DNA of 64,000 bases from NCBI RefSeq assembly GCF_009914755.1, contig NC_060942.1; one strand, written 5' to 3'. Of this stretch, positions 29,150 to 44,224 are shown piece by piece. Each line of letters starts with the position of its first letter. The first letter of the stretch is position 1. The translations under genes and the position numbers were made by a program. Source of the DNA: the human T2T-CHM13v2.0 reference genome, Homo sapiens. The notes under the pieces are model-generated. The model did no database searches. It had not been told where the DNA came from and was given only the letters and a program-made list of their open reading frames with translations.

Positions 29150-29910
29150 GAAAAAGCTGTCATAGTCCACCAGGAAGCTCAGTGGCCATCATTAGTGGTA
29201 CATTTTCTCAACATACCCAAATTCAATGTTAAAATATTTTTTAAGTCCCAGAATTATGAGAAGTTTTTTGTTCTTGTTTTCACTAATTTTATGGTTCGCT
29301 ATGCAGTGATCCAAGTTTCCAAAATATATAAATATGTGTACAAATTAAGGTATTGCTCCTCTCCCCTCAGTAACAGCAAAGCTTAGGGGAAGGGTGTTTA
29401 CAATCTCTACAGAGGCGCACTGGGCCCACCATACTCACTAGGCACAGGATAGTTGTGAAATAAATAGCTCACTCCAGGGAGTGAGAAGATACATCCCCCA
29501 TTCAAGGTACACTGCCAAACTGCAGGAAAGAGATCCTAGCACCCACCAAGGTGCAACTATGCTACTGGATCTCTGGGTGGAAAGAAACAAGGAGGGAGTT
29601 ACAGAGGAATAATGTGAGCAGCAGAACAGAGATTTTCATCCAAACATTATTTATGATGAATTTGGGGAAAATCAGATGAAAAATATATGGCCAAAGTGAA
29701 TCAAAGAAGACACTAAAATTCTTATATTTTTATCATAATAGACAGTGCTGCACTGCACAAAACTTTGTCTTCATTCTATAACTCTTTTCCAAGTCTAGAA
29801 AAGAGTCTAGAAAAACTAGACTCATATCAACAAGCTTACTCTATTCATGCTTACAGCGAAAATGAGGGCCTCAAATTAGGAGGTCTTTCCTTTTAAGCCA
29901 TTCTTCTAGA

Positions 29911-32900
29911 AGAATGCAGTCTAGAAGTTGTGAGCTGAGCTTTGGCCCCCTAAAATCTTCCAGAAATGAACCCACCTTATACCACAATCAAACCCTCGAG
30001 GTCATCAAATAGAGTAAAAGAAAAAAACAAAAACATCCAAAGGATAGCAACTTCAAAGATTGAAGGAACGTCAATCCAGAAAGATGAAAAAGAACCAACA
30101 CAAGAACTCTCACCACTCAAAAAGCCAAGTGCCTTCTTTCCTTCAAATGACTGCACTACTTTTCTAGCAAGGGTCTGAACAAGGCTGAGATCACTAAAAT
30201 GACAGAAAGAGAATTCAGAACATGGATAGGAACTAAGATCAGTGAGATGTAGGAGAACATTGTAACCCAAGACAAGGGAGCTTGTCACAATAAAATGATC
30301 CAAGAACTGACAAAGCAGCCAGTATAGAAAAGAATGTAACTGACCTGGATAAAGCTGGACATCACAATACAAGAATTTTATAATGCTATCGCAAGTATTA
30401 ATAGCAGAACAGATCTAACTGAGGAAAGAATCTCAGAGCTTGAAGACTGGCTTTCTGAAATAAGATAGACAAAAATAGAGAAAAAAGAATAAAAAGGAAT
30501 GAACAAAAGAAATATGAGATTGCATAAAGAGATAAAATCTGTGACTCATTGCTGTCCCTGATAAAAAATTAGGACAATGGAAGCAACTTGGAAAACAATT
30601 TCGGGATCTCATCCATGAGGACTTCCCCAACCTAGCTAGAGAGGCCAACGTTCAAATTCAGGAAATGCAAAGAACCCCAGTAAGATACTTCACAAGAAGA
30701 TCATCCCCAAGACACATAATCCTCAGATTCTCCAAGGTCAAAACGAAAGAAAAAATGTTAAAGGTAGCTAGAGAAAGGAGAAGTCACCTACAAAGGGAAG
30801 TCCACCAGACTAACAGTGGACCTCTCAGCAGAAACCATACAAGCCAGAAGAGAAGGGGGCCTATATCCAACATTCTTAAAAAAAAGAAATTCCAACCAAG
30901 AATTTTATATCCAACCAAACTAAGCTTCATAAGCAAAGGGGAAATAAGATCCTTTTCAGAGAAGCAAATACTGAGGGAATTTGTTAGCAGCCGTCTTACA
31001 AGAGCTCCCGAAAGCACCAAATATGGAAAGTAAAGACCATTACTACCCACTACAAAAACTCACTGAAGTACACAGACCAGTAACACTATAAAGCAACTAC
31101 ACAAACTAGTGAGAAGAGTAAACAGCTAACAACATGATAACAGGATCAAATTCATTCATATCAATACTAATGTTAAATTTAAATGGGATAAATGACCCCA
31201 ATTAAAAGGCACAGGGTGGAAAGCTGGATAAAGAATGCCCAGTGGCATGCTGTCTTCAAAAGACCCATCCCACATGCAATGAAACCCATAAGCTCAATAT
31301 AAAGGGATGGAGAAAAATCTGCCAAGCAAATACAAAACAGAAAAAAAGTAGGAGTTGCAGTCCTAATTTTAGACAAAATGACATTAAACCAAAAAGGATT
31401 TAAAAAGACAAAAATAAGCATTACATAATGGTAAACAGTTCAATTCAACAAGAAGACCTAACCATTCTAAATATATATACAATACACCCAACACAGGAGC
31501 ACCCAGATTCATAAAGCAAGTTCTTAGAGGCCTTCAAAGAGACTTAGACTCCCACACAATAGTAGTGAGAGACTTCAATATCCCACTGACAATATTAGAC
31601 AGATCACTGAGATGGAAAATTAACAAAGGTATTCAGGACTTGAACTCAGCACTGGACCAAATGGACCTGATATACATCTACAGAACTCTCCACCCAAAAA
31701 CAACAAAATACACATTTTTCTCATTGCCATATGACACAGAGTCTAAAATCAACCACACAGTCAGATGTAAAAAAATCCTCAGCAAATGCAAAATAACTGA
31801 AATCATACCAACCACTCTCTCAGACTATTTTAAAATTAATATGGAACCAAAAAGAGCCCAAAGAGCCACACCAATTCTAAGCAAAAAGAACAAAGCAGGA
31901 GGCATCACACTACCTGACTTCAAACTATACTACAGGGCTACAGTAAAAAAAACAGCATGGCACTGGTACAAACATTGACATATAGACCAATGGAACAGAA
32001 TAGAGAACTCAGAGAAAAGACTGCACATCTACAACCATCTGATCTTTGACAAACCTGACAAAACAAGCAATGGGGCAAGGATTCTCTACTAAGTAAATGG
32101 TGATGGGATAACTGGATAGCCATACGAAGAAGGTCAAAAATGAACCCCTTTCTTATACTACATATTAATACAAAAATGAACTTGAGATGGCTTAAAGACT
32201 TTAAAAACTATAAAAATCCCGGAAGACAACTTAAGCAATACCATTCTGGACATAGGCATGGGCAAAGATGTCATAACAAAGAAGCCAAAAGCAATTGCAA
32301 CAAAAGCAAAAATTGACAAATGGGATATAGTTAAACTAAAGAGCTTCTGCACAACCAAAGATACTACCAAGAGTAAGCAGAGAACCCGCAGAATGGGAGA
32401 AAAATTTTGCAAACTATGCTTCTGACAAAAGTCAAATATCCAGCATCCATAAGGAATTTAAACACATCTACAAGACAAAAAGACCCATTAAAAAGTGGGC
32501 AAAGGACATGAACACACACTTTTCAAAAGAAGACATACGTGTTGCCAACCAGCATATGGAAAAAAGCTGAACATCACTGATCATTAGAGAAATGCAAATC
32601 AAAACCACAATGAGATACTATCTCACATCAGTCAGAATGGCTATTACTAAAAAGTCAAAAAAAAAAAAAAAAAAACAGATGCTGGTGAAGTTGTAGAGAA
32701 AAGGGAATGCTTATACACTGTTGGTGGGAATATAAATTAGTTCGACCATTATGGAAGACACTGGTGATTCCTCAAAGATCTGAAAACAGAACCACCATTC
32801 TACCTAGCAATCCCATTACTGGGTATATACCCAAAGGAATATAAATCATTCTATCATAAAGACACATGCATGTGTGTTCAGTGCAGCACTATTCACAATA

Positions 32901-33343
32901 GCAAAGACATGAAATCAACCTAAACATCCATCAATGGTAGACTGGATAAAGAAAATGTGATATATATATATATATATACCATGAAAGAATATGCATCCAT
33001 AAAAAAGAGTAAGATCACATCCTTTGCAAGAGCATGGATGGAGCTAGAGACCATTATCCTTAGCAAACTAACACAGGAACAGAAAACCAAATACCTCATG
33101 TTCTTACTTACAAGTGGGAGCTAAATGATGAGAACACATGGACACATAGAGGGGACCAATAGACACTAAAGCCTACTGGAGGCTGGAGGGTGGGAGGAGG
33201 GAGAGGATCAGGAAGAATAACTAATGGGTACTAGGCTAAATACCTGGGTAATGAAATAATGTGTACAACAAACCCCCATGACACAAGTTTACTTATATAA
33301 CAAACTGCCCATGTACCCATGAATGTAAAAGATAACAAAAAAA
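29911..33343 (+). mobile_element. L1PA11-15-like element: end of 5'UTR, dead ORF1, EN domain, large internal ORF2 deletion, intact 3' end
   Basis: ORF1 'RRSSPRHIILRFSKV...FQPRILYPTKLSF'; EN '[12 protein letters not shown]...IYRTLHPK'; then directly '[19 protein letters not shown]'. 3'UTR with short A tail; many stops and frameshifts. Confidence 0.92.
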
Positions 33344-33462
33344 GAAATGATAAATGTTTGAGGTTGTGGGTATCCTAAATATCCTTATCTGATCATTATT
33401 CATTGTGTGCATGTATCAAAATATTACATGTGCCCCCTAAATATGTACAATTATAAAAAAAG
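33344..33462 (+). mobile_element. L1MA-like extreme 3' end
   Basis: gaaatgataaatgtttgaggt...ctgatcatt...aaatatgtacaattat followed by an A run. Confidence 0.75.
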
Positions 33463-33469
33463 AAAAATG

Positions 33470-34617
33470 AAGACAAAGAAACCATCAATGAAATACTAAC
33501 AACAAAAATCCAAAAATGAAGAGCAAGCATGGACCTAAAAAATTCTCAGCAGAGTGGATATAATTAGAAGACACAAAAGCTCATTACTGTGAAATTTCAG
33601 AATATTGGGGAGAAGAGATTATGTAAGCTTTTAGAGAAACAGGAAAAGCAGTATAACACAAGGATCAAGCTTCAAAATATTATTGTACTTCTCCACAGTG
33701 CTCCTGAAAGTCATGAAAATTTAGAATTGCCTCCAAAATTCTGTGAAAAAAATGATTTTTAATCTAGAACTTTTTTTTGCCCAAGACAGATGCTTAAATA
33801 TGGTAGAGAATAGAATAAGAGTGTTTTGAGCCCTGTAAGAGCTCTAAACATGTATTTCCCATGCATGAATTTTCAGAAAAATATTGAAAGATATCCTTTA
33901 CCAAAATGTGAAAGTAAACTAAAAATTTAAAATATGGGATCCAGGAAGCAGAGAATCTATCACCAAAGATAGGCCAAGGGAATAGCTAGGCTGATAGTGA
34001 AAGGAAATCTCCAAATGGCAGCTGTACAGCATGTCTAGAAATCAATCAATTCAGACAGGTGCAGATATAAAAGCTTTAGGCAAGACATTTTTCCCAATAC
34101 AGTAAAGTTTTGTTTTAATATACTGTTTTAATATGTTAGTGTTGATTACATCAAAAACTAGGTAAACAATTATTAAGTCTGGGAAGGAAAAGGATGTCGC
34201 ACAGGAAAGAAAAGTAATCAAATTATATTACAAGGCTTATCCAGGTATACAGTTCACCTATCTAAACACTGCATATTATTATAAATATTTACTGAATCAT
34301 TATATAAATATACCAAGAGTATATGGGCCATGGGCAGGAAATATACATGTTTGAATCGGGGAGCAAAGGGTTAAAAGAAAGCTAAATTCTTATTGTCCAT
34401 AGTTGGATGTAAACAGACAATGCCTAAAACCAATAAATCCAGAGTAGCAATACATGCATGTTATTCAAAAGTTCAGAGGTAAATATCAAATAAATCAAAC
34501 AAAAGAACTGAAAGTAATTGCTTTGGGAATTGGGAAATGATGGGATCAGGGAAGTGATGATTTTCATATCAAGCCTTGGAGAAACATGATATTTAGTTGT
34601 ATAATTTTGAATAAAAA
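33470..34617 (+). mobile_element. HAL1-like (half-L1) relic
   Basis: ORF1-like A-rich sequence (gtgaaatttcagaatattgggg; tttaatctagaac) running directly into a 3' end with aataaaa, with no ORF2. Confidence 0.6.
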
Positions 34618-35794
34618 GCAGAGTAACAACAAATAGTTACCTTTGGAAGTTCATGCTGTGCCTGTATTTCAACTTTAATTTCTAGTTACAAATACTGCTG
34701 TAAGTGTGGCAAATGTGCCTTTAAAATATTTCCATTCATTCTTTTGTGGTCATTAAATTAATGATCACTTTTATTTGTCACCTGTTTTCTGTTTATATTT
34801 TCTTGGACAATCACTGCTCATATGATATACAAGGAGTCAAATAACAAATGAATGTCCAGTAACAGATTGTATTTCAGTGGAGAATCTGGCTGATAAAGGG
34901 AACAAGTGCACCAATAAAACTACATGCCCTGGCAACTGTTCCAGATCTCAAGATCAAGCAAATGTACCATCCTATCTTTGAGTCTACCTCCCAGATCAAA
35001 TTGCATGCACTAAATGGTCAGAGAGTTATAACTATCCTGGGGGAAATTACTGGCAAAAGTAAATAAATTCCATATGGTGTGGGCCAAATTATTGTAGAAA
35101 GCTTATTGGTGGCACAATGGTTTCTTCCATTTGTTTATATTAGGATCTGATTTCTTAAATCCATGAAGATAATTTAATTTCTTAAACCTAGATAAAAGAC
35201 AGAAAATGGAAGAAGGCGGTCCAAGGCCCAGGAGAAATTTATTTGTCTTTTTCTAACTCATTGTCAATACTGTCTCACTTTAAAGCAATGTGTTTTTGAT
35301 TCTCATGTTTGGATGGCATTTCTGCTTAGGGAATCACTCACATTTTGATCTTTCATTCCTTTTGGGACAGCTAGTGAAAAGTGCTTTTATAAGTTACAGT
35401 TCTGACCTTTTCAGGATTCTGTTATTTGATTAAAAAGCATCAGAGGTCTGCTGTCTGGCAGGGTTTATTGCCTGTAACAAAGCAATCAGAAATGCAACCA
35501 AAGAGTAATTTGTAAGGGGTTATGGATCCATTCACAACAAATATTTATTGTTACTGGTGCAACTGCACACTGAAAATGAAATACGCCAGAGATATGTTTG
35601 TCTTCCTCTCTTGGGGCCCATGACACTCAACTATACTGTAGGTGAAAACAATTTATAAAGACGGCATTTGGCTCCTTGAAAGATTCAAAACCCTTGAATG
35701 AGATCCAAGTGAAACCTTGTTTACTAACCTCTCTCCAGGGGAAGTGTGGTATGGCATATGTGAGTATTGCTCATTCTAACACCTTTATTCTCTT

Positions 35795-36000
35795 AAACAA
35801 TGTGGTCTGAAGGTGCATGGAGGTCTCTGAAACCTTTTCAGGTGATCCACGAGGTCAAAAACATTTTCATAGTAATATCAAATTATTATTTTTTCACTGT
35901 GTTGCCATTTGCACTGATGGTGCAAAAATAATGTTGGGTAAAACTTCAGTGCCTGAGCATAAAGTAGTGGAGTGGAGTAGTAGAGCAAACAAATCTGCTG
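35795..36000. mobile_element. Charlie1-like hAT fragment
   Basis: gaggtcaaaacattttcatagtaata...catttgcactgatggtgcaaaa...gggtaaaact. Confidence 0.55.
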
Positions 36001-36004
36001 TAGT

Positions 36005-36585
36005 TTATGTTTAAAACAACAGCTTTACAGAGATATAATTCACATACAATTCACTCAGTTAAGTGTACAATGCAATGGTTTTTAGTATATTCACAAATAT
36101 GTGCAACCATCACCACAACCAATTTAGAACATTTTTCATTGCCTCTAAAAGAAACCATGCAACCTTTAGGTATCACTGCCCTAAACCCTCCAGTCCATCC
36201 CACTCCACTAATCTGCCTTTTGTCTCTATAGACTCTGGACATGTCATATAAATAGAATCATATGTGATTTTTTTACTGTCTTTTTTCACTTAGCATAATG
36301 TTTTCAAGTTTCATCCAATTGTAATATATAGCTATACTTTGTCCATTTTTAGGAACAGATAACATTTTATTGTATGGGTAAATTACATTTGTGTTTACCC
36401 ATTACTTCATTGATGAACAGTTGGAGTTGTTTTTGCCTTTCGGCAGTCATGAATAATGTTGCTATAAACATTTGGGCAGAGATTTTTGTGTGGATGTATG
36501 TTTTCCTTTCTCTTAGGTATATACCTAGGAATGGATATGCTGAGTTATTTGTAAGTATGTTTAATCACTTGAAAAACTTCCAGAG
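36005..36585 (-). mobile_element. L1MB-like 3' fragment
   Basis: cagctttacagagatataattcacatac...tgtgcaaccatcaccacaaccaatttagaacattttt. Confidence 0.8.
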
Positions 36586-36852
36586 ATACATCTTTCTACA
36601 CATGCCTTTTCACTTTATCCTTCGGATTTCATTAATAACTAAGGATATTCATTTTATTGTAATGCACTAAAATACGGGCATGTCATTTCTAATCTCATTA
36701 AGAATAACATCTTTTAACAAATAACATTTACTCTTTTTGGCTTCCATTTATTTTTATTGATACATAATAGACGTACATATTTTGGGGTTATGCATAATAT
36801 ATTCATATAATGGATAAAGATCAAATCAGCATAATTGGGCTATCATCTTGAA

Positions 36853-37147
36853 TTTTTTTTTTTTTTTTTTTTGAGATGGAGTTTCACTTGTCGCCCAGGC
36901 TGGATTGCAATGGCGTGATCTCAGCTCACTGCAACCCCCGCCTCCCAGATATAAGCTATCCTCCTGCCTCAGCCTCCTGAGTAGCTGGGATTACAGGCTC
37001 CTGCCAAGACGCCTGGCTAATTTTTGTATTTTTAGTAGAGACGGGGTTCCACCATGTTGGCCAGGTTGAACTGCTGACCTCAGATGATCCACCGGCCTCC
37101 GCCTCCCAAAGTGCTAGGATTACAGGCATGAGCCACCGTGCCAGGCC
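36853..37147 (-). mobile_element. AluS
   Basis: Poly(T) followed by an antisense Alu dimer. Confidence 0.95.
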
Positions 37148-38185
37148 AAATATTTGTATTTCCTTTATGCTACATTCTCTTTATTATCTTCCAGCTAGTT
37201 CGAAATGTACATTATTGTAAACTATATTCACCCTACTGATCTATAGAACACTGTTTTTTAAATCTGACTGTATATTTGTACCTATTAATCAACCTCTTTT
37301 CATCTCCCAAACCCCTTAACTTTTCTGGCCTCTGGTAGTGACAAATCTACTCTCTATCTTCATGAGATCTACTTTCTTTTAGCTCCTATATATGAATGAG
37401 AATATGCAATATTTGTACTTTTATCTTTGGCTTATTTTACTTAACATGATGACCTCCAGTTTTATCCAGGTTGCTGCAAATAACAGGATTTCATTCCTTT
37501 TATGGATTTCATTATTTCTCATTCTTATTTATTCTATTACGTATATATACCACATTCTCTTTATTCATTCATCCATTGATGGAACTTAGGTTGAGTCTTT
37601 GTCTATGGTAAATAGTGCTGCAATAAATATGGGTGTGCGTATGTCTCTTCAATATACTGATTTCCTTTCTTTTGAATATATGCCCAGTAGCGGAATTGCT
37701 GGATCAAATGGTAGTTCTATTTTTAGTGTTTTCAGGAACCTTCATACTGCTTTCCTTAGTGACTGTATTAATTCACATTCCCACCAATAGTGTATGAGGG
37801 GTTCCTCTTTCTCCATATCCTTGCCAGCACCCGTTATTCCCTGTCTTTTTGATAAAAATCATTTTAACTGTGGTAAGATGAAAGCTTATTATTGTGGTTT
37901 GGATTTGCATTTCTCTGATGATTAGTGATTTTGAGCATTTTTTATATACTTGTTTTCCGATTTGTATGTGGTTTTTTTTTCTTTTTGAGAAACGTCTATT
38001 CCGATCTCTTGCCCATTTCTTACTCAGATTGTTATTTATTTATTTATTGACATCAAGTTGTTTGAGCTCCTTATCTATTCTGGTTATTTATCTCTTCTCA
38101 GATGGATAGTTTTAAATATTTTCTCTTATTCTCTGGATTGTCTGTTCACTTTGTTGATTGTTTCTTTTGTCATGCAAAGATTTTT

Positions 38186-38524
<339 letters not shown>

Positions 38525-41283
38525 CTATTTTTGCTTTGCTTTGATTGCCTGTGCTCTTGTGCTCTTGGGGTCTTACACAAAAAAATTTTGCCCAGCCCAA
38601 TGTTCTGGAACATTTCCCAGTGTTTCTTTTAGTAGTTTCATAGTTTCAGGTCTTACATTTAAGTCTTTAATTCATTTTGATTTGACTTTTGTATATGGTG
38701 AGAGATAGAGATCTAGTTTTATTCTTCTGCATATGGTTATCCATTTTTCCCAGCACCACTTATTGAAGAGATTTCCTTTCCCCAGTGCATGTTATGGGCA
38801 CCTTGTCAAAAATAAGTTAGCTGCAAATGAATCAATGTATATCTGGGTTCTCTATTCTGTTCCACTGGTCTATGGGTGTGTTTTTATGCTACTACCATGC
38901 TGTTTTGATTACTACAGCTTTGTAGTAAATTTTGAAGTTGGGTCATATCATGACTTCAGCTTTGTTCTTTTTGCTCAGGATCGCTCCAGCTATTCAAAGT
39001 CTTTGTGATTCCACATGAATCTTAGGATTATTTTTCTATTTCTGTGAAGAATGTCATTGCTATTTTGATAAAAATTACAATACATCTGTAAATCACTTCA
39101 AGTACTATCATTTTAACAATATTAATTTTCCAATCCATGATCATGGAATACCTTTCCATTATGTGTGTGTGTCCACTTCAATTTCTTTAATCAGTGTTTT
39201 ATAGATTTCCTCGAATAGCTCTTTCCCGTCTTTGGTTAAATTGATTTATAGGTATTTTATATTCTTTGTAGATATTATAAATTGCTTTCTTGATTTCTTT
39301 TTCAGATTGTTTACTGTCAGTGTACATAAATGCTACCGATTTTTCTATGATGATTTTGTATCCTGCAAGTCTACTGAATTTGTATCCTGCAAGTCTGCTG
39401 AATTTGTTGATCCGTTCTAATAGTGTTTTTGTGGAGTCTTTAGGTTTTTCTGGGTATAAGATCATGTTGTCAGCAAACAAGGCTAGTATGACTTTTTCCT
39501 TTCCAATTTGGATGCCTTTAATCTCTTTCTCTTGACTAACTGCTCTGCCCAGGACTTCAATTGTTATATTCAATAAAAGTGGTGAAAGTGGGCATCCTTG
39601 TTTTATTTCAGCATTTAGAGGAAAGGCATTCAATTTTTCCCCATTCAGTATGATGTTAGCTCTTCGTTTTTCATATATGGCCTTTATTATTTTGAGGTAT
39701 GAACCTTCATACTCAGTTTGTTGAGGGCTTTTATCATTAAGAGATGTTGAATTTTATCAAATGCTGTTTCAGAATCTATTGAAATGATCATGTGGTTTTT
39801 GTTCTTGGTTTTATTAATTTGATGTAACATGTTTACTAATTTGTGTATGTTGAACTATCCTTGCATCCCTGGGATGAGTTCCACTTGATCATGAAGAATG
39901 ATCTTTTTAATGTGTTATTGAATTCAGTTTGCTTGTATTTTGTTCAGGACTTTTGCATCTATGTTCATCACTGATATTGGCCTCACATTTTCTTTTTGTG
40001 GTATGTCCTTGTCTGGTTTGGGTACCAGGGTAATTCTGGCCTCATAGAATGAGTTTGGAAGTATTCCCTCCTCTTCAATTTTTTTTGAAGTGTCTGAATA
40101 GAATTGGTATGAGTTCTTCTTTAAATGTTTGGTAAAATTCAGCAATGAAGGCATCAAATACCGGGGTCTTCTTTGATGAGAGACATTTTATTACAGCTTC
40201 AATCTCACTAGTCGTTATTGGTTTGTCCAAGTTTTCTATTTCTTCATGGTTCAATCTTGGCAGGTTGTATGTATCCAGGAATTTATGCATTTATTCTAGG
40301 TTTTCCAATTTGTTGATGAATAGTTGTTTATAATAGTGTCTAATGATTCTTTGTATTTCTGTGATCTCAGTTCATGTCTTCTTTTTGTTTTGATTTTATG
40401 TGTTTTTCTCTTAGTCTAGTTAACATTTTATCAATTTTATCTTTTCAAAAATCCAGCTGTTCCTTTCATTGGTTTGTGTTTTTTTAATTGATTTCTGCTC
40501 TGATATTTATTATTACCTTCCTTTTAGTAATTTTGGGTTTGGTATGTTCTTGCTTTTCAAGTTCCTTGAGGTCCATTATTAGGTTGCTTATTTGAAGTCC
40601 TTCTACTTTTCTGATGTAGGTGTTTATTGCTATAGACTTCCCTCCTGGTACTCCTTTTACTGTATTTCATAGATTTTGGTATGTGGTACTCCCATTTTCA
40701 TTTGTTTCGAGAAACTTTTTAATTTCCCTCTTAATTTCCTCATTTACCCATTGGTCATTCAGGAACATGGCTTCCTTTTTGAATCCCATGCCCATATCCT
40801 CTTAATTCATGAAATATACATAATGACACTGGGAATTCATTTTTAAGAGGAGTACTTCATATTTTTCATCTATTACTTTATAAAGTTAAAGAAAATAGTC
40901 GATTATATGTTTCTTAAGCCCATTATTAATATTTGGGTATATAATAAGGTATTGTTTTCTAAAAATTCTATAAACAAGTTAAATAAGACAGTACTCTAAA
41001 AAATAAAATGTGAAGTCCACCCATATTGTAAGAATTTGCAGGGTTTTTTTAAGAAATTAAAATTTAAAAATCAGCCTATGCCCTAAACATAGAGATGGTC
41101 ATTAGTTGCCAAAGAGATTATTTCAATCAAATAGTCTATGAACACCTACAGGCAAAGTCAGGTTGCATCTAATTTTATTAACAAGTATTAATTTACTGCA
41201 TTAACCAAGATATTAACAAACCCAAATAAGGGCCTGAGGAAGTACTAGAAAATCTTCAGTAATACATTAAGAAAACACTATGC

Positions 41284-41583
<300 letters not shown>

Positions 41584-42639
41584 CTATGCAAATACAGAAC
41601 TTTGCCAAAAGTGCTCAAAAAGTCTTGTTGAAGGGTGTTATAAAGTTTTGCTTCCTCGTCTTAACCTAGAGCACAAAGATATAGACAGCGATGATGTTCC
41701 AAATATTTAACAGCCAATAGAGCATAAGTATCAACCAATCACAATAAGCACTCACCATTATCCTGGAGCAGAGCCCTCCAAGTGCCCAGGTTCTACCAAG
41801 GGTTAACCCTTTAATTGCTGGAGTGTGTGACCTTCCAGGGAGTCCAGTTGGAGGGGCCAGGGCAGCCAGCATGGCAAGGGGGCATTAGTTTAGCTAGGGA
41901 TAGAGGCTTTTATTTCTCTTTCAGCAAAATATAAGTGGTTACTTCTATATTTTAATGAAGAGTAGGATCCTAGCAGGTAAACTTTCTGAATTTTGGATAC
42001 AGTAGTTACAAAGTTAGCAATTTTATAGAATTATATGCAATGGTCTCTGCATAAATAAATGTACTTTTTAGGAGATAGTACATAGCTTCATCAGATTTTC
42101 AGAGATGTCTTTTACTCAAAAATTAAGAACCAGTAAGATATTCCTTCATCTAGGATGGCTGATATTTTTTAAATCCACATTTTTCTGAATGTGTAGTCAC
42201 CAAAGAAACATCCTGATTAGATCTGACTTTTTGAACAGTTTGAGTATAGGTGGAGAATGAGCTGATCTTGTTTATGTGATTATATTCTTGGTGAAAGTCA
42301 GTATAATGCTGTTTTGGTGTCTATTCCAGTCTCTTTTATCTTTTGGTTAGTATCTATATTTCCAGGAAATAATAAATTCCAGCTTCTGAGCCATCAACAT
42401 TGAGGATCTGTCCTGGTATGAATATGTAGAATAAATTCTGGCCCAATTTTAGTACACTTTCCATAAAACAAAATTACACAAACTGATTATTGTGCAGCAA
42501 GAATATTGTTAACAAGAACACGATCAATCTGTAGAAATCAGCTATTTATATTCCCAAACTTTTCTTTTGGATTAGCTGTTTGTCCTGGTCTTTCAATGGA
42601 AAAAGAATTAACAACCCGAAACTCCTGTCTGAATATTTC

Positions 42640-43825
42640 TATCAACTTCCTCTGGGAAATCCTGACTCTTCTTGAAGATACAGCTTTCTCTAGAGCACAC
42701 TGGTATATTTGGTCCTCCTATTCTCTCTCTGTTTCCCACCCCTCCTCTCTCCTACATTGCCTCTGGTCCTGAAAAAATATAGTAAGACATCCTTATCACA
42801 GATCCTTTCAGCCTCTTGTTTCAGACTACCTCAACTACAACCCCTTCTCCTTGTTACAACTGTGTGGGCCTATCACCGGTGCCCATTAATTGGAGATTTT
42901 AGTATTTTGTCCACTGCCAATGTCTCCAATGCTACTTCTACCACTTTCTGTCTAGATAATCTCATCTAGTCTCATGGCTTTAAGTACTATCATCTATATG
43001 CTGAGCACTGCAAAATTTATATTTCTCTGGGCCTGATAACCTTCCTCAACTCCAAATTCTTAGTTGACATCTTCCCATGGACATCTAATAGGCATCTGAA
43101 ACTCAACAAGTCCAAAAGATACCCCTTAATTTCCACCCCCAACCTGCTTTGCCCTGGAATTCTTCATTTTATTCCACACACTTTGGAATCACATTTAGCC
43201 CCTTCCTTTGATTCACTTCCCACATTCCATCTTTCTAGAATTTTTTAGGCTCAACATTTGTCTCAAATTTGATCACTTCTCACCATATCCCTGCCACCAG
43301 CCTAGCTTAAGTGACCATAATTGTTGTACTTAGACTATTGCTAGTTCATGCATCCACTCTTAACCACCTCTAATCTATTTTCCACATTGCAAACAGACCA
43401 TGACCCTCATAAAATTGGCTTTCCTCCTTACCCTAATCTCCAAGACACCACATAATGGTACCCCTGACAACTCCTTGTCCTAATTATCCCTTATTTAAAC
43501 TCACTCAGCTTCAACCATGTTGTTCCCTTGCTGTTTTTCAAACATTCTGCTCTATACCCCCATGAGGATCTTTGTCCTTGTTATTTTCCAACTCAAAATA
43601 TCCTTTCCTCAGATACTTGCTTTCTATTTCTTCAAACACTTCATCACCACTTGACTTATTTAAATATGTATTTATCTGATGTGTTCCACCTTAGAATGTA
43701 AGTTGATGAGAGAAGGAACATCTGGATTTTTCCTTGTTCTGCTACTACCCCAAATCCTGTAAGACTATCTGGTATATAGTAAATATTCCATAATGCTTAT
43801 TAAATCAACGAGTTGATGAATCAAT
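42640..43825 (+). mobile_element. L2 (L2a-like) 3' portion
   Basis: ctcatggctttaagtactatcatctatatgctgag (YADD remnant); catctaataggcatctgaaactcaacaagtccaaa; tgaat-like tail. Confidence 0.8.
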
Positions 43826-44224
43826 CACAAATGTAATTGGCTTCCTCTGCCTTCAATTTTCATTTAGTAGCATGTAGAAACAGGCTTTAGAATAGCAATA
43901 TAGACAACAAGCACTTTTAAGGAAGCAAGAAATATGACCCATTACATGTGGACTTGGCTAGAAATAATTGAGAAATGGAATACTTCCTTAAGGAAACTGA
44001 AGAACTAAACTATGACATAAACTTTAGATGTTTCAGTTTCAGAGTCATGATTTCCTGGTGTTTAGTTTTAGGTTTGTGCTCTCAAAGATCAATCAGAAAG
44101 GAAACTAAAGAATTACAATAGTGAGTTTAATCCAAACAAAGATGTGTTGAAGAAATTTCTTTAGTGATGTCTGCTGACCACTGAAAGACCACCATAATAA
44201 AATGGTGGAATGCACTTTAAAATA

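Noticed and set aside
39199-40290. Functional reverse transcriptase
   Set aside because: L1 ORF2 is broken into short frames, the catalytic motif has decayed to FADN, and the element is 5'-truncated.
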